Source of the DNA: a virus
Lineage: Duplodnaviria; Caudoviricetes
Reading direction: 5' to 3' (one strand)
Virus record (IMG/VR): IMGVR_UViG_3300014205_000173
Length of the DNA: 64,000 nt
Shown: in pieces, positions 1-8,184 of the stretch
Position numbering within the stretch: position 1 is the stretch's first letter
Layout of the letters: the number at the start of each line of letters is the position of its first letter
Program-made: the position numbers and the translations under genes
Notes under the pieces: generated by a model
The model's input: the letters and a program-made list of their open reading frames with translations, nothing else
What the model was told of the DNA's origin: nothing
Database searches by the model: none

Positions 1-76
1 CAAAAACATCTGCTGCTAGTTCCAAGTCTTCATCTTCACCGTATCTTTCTGCCTTGACAATAATAATTTTTTCCAT
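1..76 (-). CDS. Hypothetical protein, N-terminal part only (MEKIIIVKAERYGEDEDLELAADVF...), runs off the window
   Basis: ATG at 76 on minus, four bases after the upstream stop; AAAGG upstream; frame open to the window edge. Confidence 0.55.
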   Translation of the reverse strand, partial: MEKIIIVKAERYGEDEDLELAADVF

Positions 77-80
77 TTTA

Positions 81-368
81 CTATCTACCTTTCAACACTC
101 TAAAATTTTTAAAATTTAAAACAGCTTCTCTAACATAACCTACTCTTTCTTTTGTTTTAAAAAAGAATTTAAAGTAGTAATATACAAAAAACAAAACCCA
201 TCCAACAAAAACAAATAAAAAATTATTTAAATAATTTCTGTAAGTATTGTTTTGCAAAAACACAATTCCAAATCTTTTATAGAATAGTTTTTGAAGTCTT
301 ACTGTATAAACAACTCCAACCAAATACATAAGCATTAAAAAAACTATAAAAAACAAAAAGACATTCAT
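81..368 (-). CDS. Small membrane protein with two hydrophobic segments
   Basis: 95-aa ORF in operon orientation; two Phe/Val/Leu-rich stretches and a basic C-terminus. Confidence 0.65.
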   Translation of the reverse strand: MNVFLFFIVFLMLMYLVGVVYTVRLQKLFYKRFGIVFLQNNTYRNYLNNFLFVFVGWVLFFVYYYFKFFFKTKERVGYVREAVLNFKNFRVLKGR

Positions 369-373
369 TTTAT

Positions 374-673
374 TTACTCAAAAAGTTTATATATAATACC
401 TGAGAAAAGTCCAGAAATACCAGTAACAACTAGCCAACAAAGCGTAAACATTAAGGGTTGTTTTATTATTGAATTATCTAAATATAAAAACACACAAAAA
501 ATAGAAAACCAATGTCCCAAACAATACGAACATGAAACAAAATGTCCCCAAAAATCACCAAATTTATTTTCAATAAAATTTCTAAATTTTAGAAATGGAA
601 GTCCACTTGCAATTGTAGTGGATAAAGTACCACAAGCTATTCCAAGAATAATGAAATCAAATATATTTAACAT
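374..673 (-). CDS. DUF1360-like membrane protein
   Basis: Three hydrophobic segments; motif G-H-F-V-S-C-S-Y-C-L-G-H-W resembles the CxxC..W signature of DUF1360. Confidence 0.65.
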   Translation of the reverse strand: MLNIFDFIILGIACGTLSTTIASGLPFLKFRNFIENKFGDFWGHFVSCSYCLGHWFSIFCVFLYLDNSIIKQPLMFTLCWLVVTGISGLFSGIIYKLFE

Positions 674-824
674 TCATATTGTTCTTTCTTTTCTTTTTTT
701 TAATTTCTTTCTTATATTCTTTCAATATTGTTTTAATTTCAAAATTTTCCAATCTTCTTTTTTTTCTTGTTTCTCTAAGTTTCTTGTCTCTTAAGAGTTT
801 TCTTTCTTCTTTATTTAATCCCAT
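657..824 (-). CDS. Small, very basic (Lys/Arg-rich) hypothetical protein, 55 aa
   Basis: Start reassigned to ATG at 824, which has GAGG upstream; the track start at 884 lies inside the tRNA. Confidence 0.55.
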   Translation of the reverse strand: MGLNKEERKLLRDKKLRETRKKRRLENFEIKTILKEYKKEIKKKKRKNNMNVKYI

Positions 825-839
825 AACATCCTCATTTAT

Positions 840-925
840 TGGCAGGAGCGGAAGGATTCGAACCCCCATAAGGCTGACGCCCACAGATTTGGAGTCTGCT
901 GTCTTTCCAGTTAGACGACGCTCCT
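840..925 (-). tRNA. trnW: tRNA-Trp (anticodon CCA), 86 nt, CCA end encoded, atypical long variable arm
   Basis: Folded by hand: acceptor AGGAGCG/CGCTCCT, D stem GTCT/AGAC, anticodon stem GCAGA/TCTGT with loop CTCCAAA, 15-nt variable region, T arm GGGGG-TTCGAAT-CCTTC, G73-CCA. Confidence 0.92.
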
Positions 926-943
926 ACAATCAACGAAAACTAT

Positions 944-1411
944 CTACGTTTTACCCGTCACGTTATCAATAGTATTTTGGCCATCAGAAAAATACGAGCC
1001 AACTATTTCTATTATTTTTAATAACCCTAAAGCAGCAGTTGGATTCCCCGTTAATGTTGCGGACAACCCAACACCAACCAAAACAAGAGACGCATTTGTT
1101 GCTGCTTTAATTTTTCTCTCATATTCAAGAGCTTCAGAAATTATTTTATCAATTTCCTCAGAAGTAACTTTGGGGAAATATTTAGTCCAATCAACAGAAT
1201 TCCCAGTAAAACCTCCTTCACTGTTAACAGAGCCATAACTATCTCCCGGTCTTCTAAGACTGCCTTTTCCAAGTCTTTCTTTATAGCCCTTTATTTGATT
1301 AAGAGTTTTTGCCCCACCTACTATAAGTTTGTCAAGTTGTTCGTTTGTAACTGTAACTTCAAATTCTCCAATAGAGTCTGAAACTACTTTAATTTTATTG
1401 TAATTAATCAT
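944..1411 (-). CDS. Hypothetical protein with a C-terminal Gly/Ala-rich hydrophobic segment
   Basis: 155-aa ORF; GGAAGG upstream; segment ASLVLVGVGLSATLTGNPTAALGLL. Confidence 0.75.
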   Translation of the reverse strand: MINYNKIKVVSDSIGEFEVTVTNEQLDKLIVGGAKTLNQIKGYKERLGKGSLRRPGDSYGSVNSEGGFTGNSVDWTKYFPKVTSEEIDKIISEALEYERKIKAATNASLVLVGVGLSATLTGNPTAALGLLKIIEIVGSYFSDGQNTIDNVTGKT

Positions 1412-1424
1412 TTGTCAACCTTCC

Positions 1425-1916
1425 TTAGCTAAATAGCTTTTTAAAAACATCAAAAAAACCGCTTAAAAAACCTGTCTCAGTTTCAGTTCTTTCTTTTTCT
1501 ATCTTATCAATAGCTTCCATAAGTTTTGGATCTTTTGCCCTACTTATTTGTTTATAAAACTCTGCATAAGACTTCAATATCTCAACCCTTCTTAACTCTC
1601 TATCTTTCTCCACAACTACCTTATGCTCTTCTAACTCATCTAATGAAAGGAATGGAATTTCTGAAACCTTATCAAATGGTTCTCCGGTTATTTCAACATA
1701 AGCTTTAACTACAAGGTCATAGTCACTTTGCAAATCAATAAACTGATTTTCAAGATCTAATCTCTCTACTTTTGTTCTATATAAAGCTTCGTCATAAGCT
1801 TCGACCAATCCCTTTCTATTTTGTGCATCAATATCTTTGAGTGTATCTAACTGTTGGTTTGCGCAACCAACAAAAAAAACACAAACCATCAATAACAATA
1901 TTATTCTTTTTTTCAT
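1425..1916 (-). CDS. Putative lipoprotein, coiled-coil rich
   Basis: MKKR + hydrophobic core + FVGC lipobox; AGGAG SD; helical E/K/L-rich body; amphipathic C-terminus. Confidence 0.8.
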   Translation of the reverse strand: MKKRIILLLMVCVFFVGCANQQLDTLKDIDAQNRKGLVEAYDEALYRTKVERLDLENQFIDLQSDYDLVVKAYVEITGEPFDKVSEIPFLSLDELEEHKVVVEKDRELRRVEILKSYAEFYKQISRAKDPKLMEAIDKIEKERTETETGFLSGFFDVFKKLFS

Positions 1917-1927
1917 TTATTTCTCCT

Positions 1928-2935
1928 TTAACAGTGTTTACATAAAAGATTTTGTCTTTTAAATCCTATAAATTCTTTTCTTAAGTTTTGTATTTCTTCA
2001 CCATTCCATATTTCTTGCAATGTATTCCTGTGTGTATTACCAACGTTTATTTTCCCTTCCACATCTTTACAGCATACCGTAACATCACCATTTGCTTGTA
2101 CGATTAAATTTCTCCATGGAAAATCACAAACCAACTGATGTTGTCCTAATTGTTCTTTTGTTTTTCTATCACCTATCTGTGCAGCCCAATCATCAACATC
2201 TTTAATATATACTAAGATTTTTTCACTAATTTCCCTTCTCGAATGTCCTTTTTCGTATTCTTCGTAATATATTTTTATAAACTCATCTATATCTTTTTTT
2301 GTAAACTTCTTGCCAATTTCTGTCCAAACTTTTTGTAAAAAAACTTCTAAAAAATTGTTTACCTTTTGTGGATTTTCATTCTTTTCTATAAGCCCAATAG
2401 TGCCAAACTTTTCTGGTATCCAATTATATATTGCTTGAATAATTAGCTCTGGTTTATTTTTTTTTCTAGTATGTTCCCTAAGTATCCAATGAAAATTTTG
2501 ACATAGTTTTTCATATGATCCTCCAATTCTTATTTTTTCATAATCTTCTTTTGAAAAAGCATCTAAAGATAAAACTATTTTATCTTTTTCATCCAACATA
2601 CTTATCCATGTGCATATTTGATCTTCAGTTAAGGCTAATAAGTTCGTGCTAAAATGTATTTCTATTCCAATGTTTTTACAATAACCAATCATTCCTAGTG
2701 CATTTTTATGAACAAAAGATTCTCCAAAAAAATAAAAATTAAGTCTTGTTTTACTACCAAAAATCTTTATTTGATCAGCAATGTCTTTAAAGTGTTTAAA
2801 GTCCATGTTGAAATTTTTTCTTTCCATATCTTTCAACGGACACATAACACATTTTAGATTACATATGTTAGTGTTTTCTAGAAATATTATTTCTGGAGGA
2901 TTGTTTGTTATTAACTGATCTGTTCTAAATGTCAT
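1928..2935 (-). CDS. Radical SAM protein with C-terminal SPASM/twitch domain
   Basis: CNLKCVMC motif; FGES; C-terminal CDFPW..GDVTVCC..GN..LQEIWN..CKHC. Confidence 0.92.
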   Translation of the reverse strand: MTFRTDQLITNNPPEIIFLENTNICNLKCVMCPLKDMERKNFNMDFKHFKDIADQIKIFGSKTRLNFYFFGESFVHKNALGMIGYCKNIGIEIHFSTNLLALTEDQICTWISMLDEKDKIVLSLDAFSKEDYEKIRIGGSYEKLCQNFHWILREHTRKKNKPELIIQAIYNWIPEKFGTIGLIEKNENPQKVNNFLEVFLQKVWTEIGKKFTKKDIDEFIKIYYEEYEKGHSRREISEKILVYIKDVDDWAAQIGDRKTKEQLGQHQLVCDFPWRNLIVQANGDVTVCCKDVEGKINVGNTHRNTLQEIWNGEEIQNLRKEFIGFKRQNLLCKHC

Positions 2936-3978
2936 TTACTTTTATTCTGAATGATAATTTCTTTTTTTAATTCACTTTGAGAATAAGCCCTTAATTCTCT
3001 AGCATCAAATTTTTTTACTAGATCAATATATGCTTTTGTGTCTTGCATATATCTTTTAGAATATCCATCTGGAGGTGTTATCGTTGTTGTTAGCTCAACT
3101 TTAACTCCTAGTTCTTTACTTTTTTTATATAAAAAATCCAAACTACTATCACTATCACACCACTTAAATAAAATATATTTCCAAAGAACTTCTGGACCTA
3201 CCTGCATTTTGCTTCTCAAAGAACATAAAATTTCCATATTTTTCTTTACTTTTTCCCAGCATCTTAATTTGTAGTATTCGTAAAACTCTTCATCATTTGT
3301 TCCATAAATTGCCATTTCTATTCTGTTAATACCACACTCTAAAAATTTTTTAGCCTTTTCTTCACTATCAACATACCACATATTTGTGCAAGATGTTATA
3401 AATACGTTTGGAAGTTTTTCTCTAATTCTTCTTACAAAATCAAAAAACTTAGGATGAGCCAAAGACTCTCCTTGACCATATGTAACGACAGTTTTAGTGT
3501 CATCTGTTAATCCGTTTAAAAATTTCTCAAATATATCCTCACTCATATCCAATCTCTTTAAAACAGTTTCCGGAGAACGAGTTCTATGGCACTCACTGCA
3601 CTTATAAACACACTTTGTTGTTAATTCTAATTGGACGTATTTTGGGCTTCTTAAATTATTTAAAGACGAAAATATTTCTGATGGATTATCAAAAGAATTT
3701 TTATATAAATTAATGTTATATTTTAACGGACATTTAGAGCATGTTTCCAAATATCTTCCTTCTTGATTTATAAAATTATTTCTTAATTCTTTATAGTTTT
3801 TTCCATTCCATAAATCTTCAAAAGAATCAAAATCCTTTAAAAAACCCATGCTCATTATTCTTTTACCGTTTTCATCAAACCAAAGTTCTGGCAAACAATG
3901 ACAAATAACTTCTCCATCACATAAAATATGTGTATGCATAAACGGTCTATCACAAAAAATACTGTTCTTATATTGCAT
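2932..3978 (-). CDS. Radical SAM protein with N-terminal SPASM/twitch domain
   Basis: N-terminal CDRPF..DGEVICHC..FEDLWNG..ELR..CSKC, followed by CVYKCSEC and GQGESLAHP. Confidence 0.88.
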   Translation of the reverse strand: MQYKNSIFCDRPFMHTHILCDGEVICHCLPELWFDENGKRIMSMGFLKDFDSFEDLWNGKNYKELRNNFINQEGRYLETCSKCPLKYNINLYKNSFDNPSEIFSSLNNLRSPKYVQLELTTKCVYKCSECHRTRSPETVLKRLDMSEDIFEKFLNGLTDDTKTVVTYGQGESLAHPKFFDFVRRIREKLPNVFITSCTNMWYVDSEEKAKKFLECGINRIEMAIYGTNDEEFYEYYKLRCWEKVKKNMEILCSLRSKMQVGPEVLWKYILFKWCDSDSSLDFLYKKSKELGVKVELTTTITPPDGYSKRYMQDTKAYIDLVKKFDARELRAYSQSELKKEIIIQNKSK

Positions 3979-4816
3979 TTTTAAAAGTTCCTTGAAATAT
4001 TATTTTATCTTTGTTAAAAATATCTTTATTAAAAATATTTTTTTCAATAAAACATTTTATTAAACTAAAAAAAAGTTTATGCCCATCTCCATTTAAGTGA
4101 GCTACATCAAACGTAAAACCACCCCTTTTAAGTTCCATCATATCTTTGGTTTCCAAAAATAAAATATTTTTATTCTTACAAAATTTTTTTATTATCCTAA
4201 AATGACTTTTACTAAAATCATCTAGCGAAACATGCGCTATGTACCTATACAAAAGAACTACGGGAATTATATTTTTATTTTTTAAATATTCACAAAACTC
4301 AAATAAAACTTCTACTGATTTACTTATCATTTCATGACTTTTGTTAATATATTCATATTCACTTATTACATCTTCTTCACTAACTATCCATTTATTTTTA
4401 TCTGAAAATTTAGAAGCAAAAATACTTCCATATTCAGAACAATGGTGAATCCTTATATCTTCCATTAATTCTGGCAAAGGTTGTCTTATATAATCTGGAA
4501 CTTGAATCATTACATATTTTATATTGTTGTAAAATTTTTCATAACACTTAAACCATTCAAAACAATTTTTTATACCAAAAGAACTTCTTCCCATATTTAT
4601 AAATTCTATTTTTTTATTTTTATAATGTTCAGAAAGAAGTTTTGTAAAATCATTGCTTCCATCTGGGACATATCCATAGGTTATTGAACATCCAACACAT
4701 ACGAACTTATCCCAAGTATCATTTTCTACAGGATATTTTGAACCACAAAAATTAAAATCATTACAATGATTTGGAAATCCAAGTTGATCTTTTATGAAAT
4801 TATTATTTAATTTCAT
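3968..4816 (-). CDS. SGNH/GDSL-fold esterase or acyltransferase-like protein
   Basis: GCSITYG (block I), INMGRSSFG (block II), DVAHLNGDGH (DxxH, block V). Confidence 0.75.
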   Translation of the reverse strand: MKLNNNFIKDQLGFPNHCNDFNFCGSKYPVENDTWDKFVCVGCSITYGYVPDGSNDFTKLLSEHYKNKKIEFINMGRSSFGIKNCFEWFKCYEKFYNNIKYVMIQVPDYIRQPLPELMEDIRIHHCSEYGSIFASKFSDKNKWIVSEEDVISEYEYINKSHEMISKSVEVLFEFCEYLKNKNIIPVVLLYRYIAHVSLDDFSKSHFRIIKKFCKNKNILFLETKDMMELKRGGFTFDVAHLNGDGHKLFFSLIKCFIEKNIFNKDIFNKDKIIFQGTFKNAI

Positions 4817-4917
4817 TTAAATTTACCAAAGTGGATAAATGTTTTTACTATTTTCTTTTTTAAAAATAGATTTAACTTTAAATTTCATATATACATACAA
4901 GCAAAATATTTTTTTTA

Positions 4918-5907
4918 TCATTTTTCATTTAACTCATAGTCTACCATCGTTTTAACTAGATCTTTAAATGAAACTTTTGGTTCCCACTTAAGTTTATTTT
5001 TTGCTTTTGAAAAATCCCCAACAAGTAGATTTTCTTCTTTGGGTCTCATAAATTTAATATTTTGTTCAATATATTTCATATAATCAGCAATACCAACATG
5101 AAGAAATGCTTCTCTCAGAAAATCATTTACTGTATGAGTTTCTCCTGTTGCAATGACATAATCATCAGGACTAGATTGTTGCAGCATTAGCCACATTGAC
5201 TCACAAAAATCTCCTGCATATCCCCAATCTCTTGAAGACTCAATATTGCCCAATAATATTTTTGGGACGTTACTATCTCCATATTTTTGAATATGTTTAA
5301 AAATATTTACAACACCAGTTGATATTTTTTTTGTTACAAAATCAGAACCTCTCCTACTTGATTCATGGTTGTACATTATACCATTACAACAAAACATTCC
5401 ATAAAAATCCCTATAGTTAACAACTGCATAATGAGCGGCTGTTTTGGCTACTCCGTATGGATTTCTTGGATTTATTTTAGTTTTTTCATTTTGTGGAGAA
5501 TCAGTTACATTACCAAATATTTCACTTGAAGATGCCTGATAAACCTTTATGTCTTTTTTAACCACTCTTACTGCTTCAAGACAATTAAAGCATCCCTTTG
5601 CAACTACGTCAAACGTTAATAACGGTTGATTCCAAGACTCTCCAACAAAACTCATTGCAGCTAAGTTATAAAGTTCATCTGGCTCTGCTGTTTCTATTGA
5701 GTTTATTAATGAAGACATATCCGTAACGTCTCCATATAATATTTTAAAATTACTATTGTTTAAAATACCTTTTATTCTTTGCAAATTATCATTAGATGTT
5801 TTCCTTGCAATTCCATAGACCAAATAGCCTTTGTTTAAAAGAAATTCGGCTAAATATGAACCATCTTGCCCCACAACCCCAGTTATTAATGCTGTTTTTT
5901 TATACAT
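4918..5907 (-). CDS. gmd: GDP-mannose 4,6-dehydratase
   Basis: ALITGVVGQDGSYLAEFLL, YNLAAMSFV, YQASSSE, PYGVAK, NHESSRRG, RDWGYAGD, DDYVIATG. Confidence 0.97.
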   Translation of the reverse strand: MYKKTALITGVVGQDGSYLAEFLLNKGYLVYGIARKTSNDNLQRIKGILNNSNFKILYGDVTDMSSLINSIETAEPDELYNLAAMSFVGESWNQPLLTFDVVAKGCFNCLEAVRVVKKDIKVYQASSSEIFGNVTDSPQNEKTKINPRNPYGVAKTAAHYAVVNYRDFYGMFCCNGIMYNHESSRRGSDFVTKKISTGVVNIFKHIQKYGDSNVPKILLGNIESSRDWGYAGDFCESMWLMLQQSSPDDYVIATGETHTVNDFLREAFLHVGIADYMKYIEQNIKFMRPKEENLLVGDFSKAKNKLKWEPKVSFKDLVKTMVDYELNEK

Positions 5908-5925
5908 TTTTTAACGCTTCCTTTA

Positions 5926-6714
5926 TTAATTGATACTTTCCATAAACTTAACACTTTCAATTATTTTTTCAGGAGTCGGATTCCAACCATTTTCAGTCAA
6001 ATATTTAACTTTTACATTAAATGGATTCCAATCATTTATATACCTATTTTCCAAATGATCACTACCCCAAACCAACTGAGGGCATTCACAAAGTGTTGCA
6101 AAATGCATAAGACCAGCAGACGGACCTATTATCATTTTACTAGAAGATAAAATATTAGAAACCATTTCAATTCCAATATCCATACGATCTATTGTTCCGT
6201 CTATATATTCTGAAGACTCTCTTAAACCTAATGAAGTTACTGTATATCCCATATTCAATATACAATCAACAGTCTCTCTACATTTTTTTAAATTCCAGTT
6301 CCTTTCTCTTTTTGTATAAACACCCTCATTAAATCTTCTTGCACAAATACAAATATTTTTATCTTTAACAATATTTTTATTGTATGAAATAAATTTTTGT
6401 TTCATTTGTTTGTTAAATGTATTTAAATGGGTTTTTAAATCTAAAACTCTTATCACTCTTGTAGGACTATACTCTTCGTGTATATTTGGTACGTTATTGT
6501 GTCCTATACATTCATATCCATCACAGTTAGTAGAATTTGTATCATATGGAATAAATTTTGTACAAAAATCTTTATAAATAAATTCGTACATACTTCTACT
6601 TGAAATAATTACTTCGTCATAGTCTTTTGCTATTTCACGAAGATATCCTTGCCATTCAAATAGCTCCATTCCAAATTCACCAATAAATGGTCCTGCAAAA
6701 AGTTTTTTCCCCAT
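5926..6714 (-). CDS. GT-B glycosyltransferase, GT9-like; paralogue of 15852..16670
   Basis: GPFIGEFGMEL N-terminus; IIGPSAGLMHFATLCECP motif; start moved to ATG 6714 by alignment with the paralogue and adjacency to the upstream stop. Confidence 0.7.
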   Translation of the reverse strand: MGKKLFAGPFIGEFGMELFEWQGYLREIAKDYDEVIISSRSMYEFIYKDFCTKFIPYDTNSTNCDGYECIGHNNVPNIHEEYSPTRVIRVLDLKTHLNTFNKQMKQKFISYNKNIVKDKNICICARRFNEGVYTKRERNWNLKKCRETVDCILNMGYTVTSLGLRESSEYIDGTIDRMDIGIEMVSNILSSSKMIIGPSAGLMHFATLCECPQLVWGSDHLENRYINDWNPFNVKVKYLTENGWNPTPEKIIESVKFMESIN

Positions 6715-6715
6715 T

Positions 6716-7513
6716 TTACTGACACAAAGCACAAATTCCAAATGACTCATACTTTCTCATAACATCACGCTCCTTAATCAGCATTCTATCAACCTTTTTC
6801 TTACATACCGGACAATCATTTTTTGTTCTTCTAATAAGAACTTGTTTGTTCTCTTCATCTAAAGGTAATTTTAATAAAATATCTAAATCTTCTTCATGCC
6901 AAAGTCCAACAATGCTAGGATCAATCTTTCCTGACCTTAATAGATTTATAAAATTAACTATATGATCATGGTATGTATTTTCTGATTTTATGCTAACTAT
7001 TTTAGCACCATCATTTTTTGAATTTACAGTTTCAAAACCCCATACAGATGTATTTGTATTTAGGTATTTCATAAAATAATCAGTCTTCCAAATAGCAGTG
7101 TGTATGCTCGTTCTATATTCAGAATCTTGATTTATCAATAAAACATTATCGTGAAATGGAGCAGAATACACATTAAGATGAGCATGAAGCATTGCCTTGT
7201 CCGCACCATTCTTTATTTCATTCTCCATAATTTTTAATTCATCTAATTTTACATATTCAAATAAAAAATGATCTTCTAAGTGCATTACAAAATATTCGTC
7301 TTTAAAACACGAAAAAAATTTTCTTAAGTTCGTAGTCCAATATCCTGAATCTTTACCTAAAGATATTATTTCAAAATTACTTGGTAATTTAATTGGAATC
7401 TTATTAAAGCATAAAATAATACACTCTTGATTTTTCCAATATTTATTGAATAACTCACAAAAAACAGGAATTATATACTGATATTTATCTGATACCGGAA
7501 TTACTACTTTCAT
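6716..7513 (-). CDS. Putative GT-A glycosyltransferase with a C-terminal CxxC...CxxC zinc-ribbon-like tail
   Basis: MKVVIPVSDKY start; HLEDHFL acidic motif; AIWK..SVWGFE; tail CPVC-x24-CALC. Confidence 0.6.
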   Translation of the reverse strand: MKVVIPVSDKYQYIIPVFCELFNKYWKNQECIILCFNKIPIKLPSNFEIISLGKDSGYWTTNLRKFFSCFKDEYFVMHLEDHFLFEYVKLDELKIMENEIKNGADKAMLHAHLNVYSAPFHDNVLLINQDSEYRTSIHTAIWKTDYFMKYLNTNTSVWGFETVNSKNDGAKIVSIKSENTYHDHIVNFINLLRSGKIDPSIVGLWHEEDLDILLKLPLDEENKQVLIRRTKNDCPVCKKKVDRMLIKERDVMRKYESFGICALCQ

Positions 7514-7533
7514 TTTTATTTTCCTTAATATTA

Positions 7534-8184
7534 TTACCTACTTACATATAATTCGTTTGATTTTACGTTCTGTTCTTCTACTTTAAATTTATGAAATGAA
7601 AATCCCAAACTATAAAGTTTTTTCAAAAGTATATCTTGTTCTTTTTTTTCAAAGTGTATTTCCATAGAAATTTGACTTATTTTTTTTGCAGTTTCTTCGT
7701 TCATGTCGGTAACAATATCATACTCAGTTCCTTCTGTGTCTAACTTCAAATAGTCTATACTATCTATTTTTAAAAAATTTAACAGACTATTTATCTTCAA
7801 TGTTTTTACCTTGTATTTTATTGTTTTAATAAATTCTGAATCGTGCATCAAATAATTTTCATATAGCCCTTTTACATTGCCCCACTCTTTAAACTTATTG
7901 TTATTAGAAACTACTTCCATAAACTCAATTTCTTCTTCTTCATGCTCTCCAACTAACGCATTTTCATAATAGGTAATTATTTTGTTGTTATTTTTTTCTA
8001 AAAATTTAAAATTTGATTTACAACACTCAAAACCATATAAACGATAATCAGTCCCACTTAAATATGGAGTTAAACTTTCATTTAACTCACCCATACACGC
8101 ACCGCCATCAACAATAATAAACTTAGACTTAATTTTATCAATATCAATATAGTGTCCAAATACTTGTTTTATATTTTTATTCAT
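7534..8184 (-). CDS. FkbM-family methyltransferase
   Basis: IVDGGACMG, YGFEC, ENAL, IDYLKLDTEGTEYDI, QISMEIH. Confidence 0.88.
   Translation of the reverse strand: MNKNIKQVFGHYIDIDKIKSKFIIVDGGACMGELNESLTPYLSGTDYRLYGFECCKSNFKFLEKNNNKIITYYENALVGEHEEEEIEFMEVVSNNNKFKEWGNVKGLYENYLMHDSEFIKTIKYKVKTLKINSLLNFLKIDSIDYLKLDTEGTEYDIVTDMNEETAKKISQISMEIHFEKKEQDILLKKLYSLGFSFHKFKVEEQNVKSNELYVSR

Noticed and set aside
825-884. N-terminal extension of ORF 657..884
   Set aside because: It overlaps the tRNA; a better ATG with SD lies at 824
1928-3978. Classical RiPP cluster around the SPASM enzymes
   Set aside because: No precursor peptide, RRE, peptidase or transporter; the context is glycan biosynthesis
4817-4917. 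Possible sigma70 promoter (TTGCTT-18-TAAAGT) and a 21-codon ORF in the largest intergenic gap
   Set aside because: Weak match in very AT-rich DNA; not distinguishable from chance
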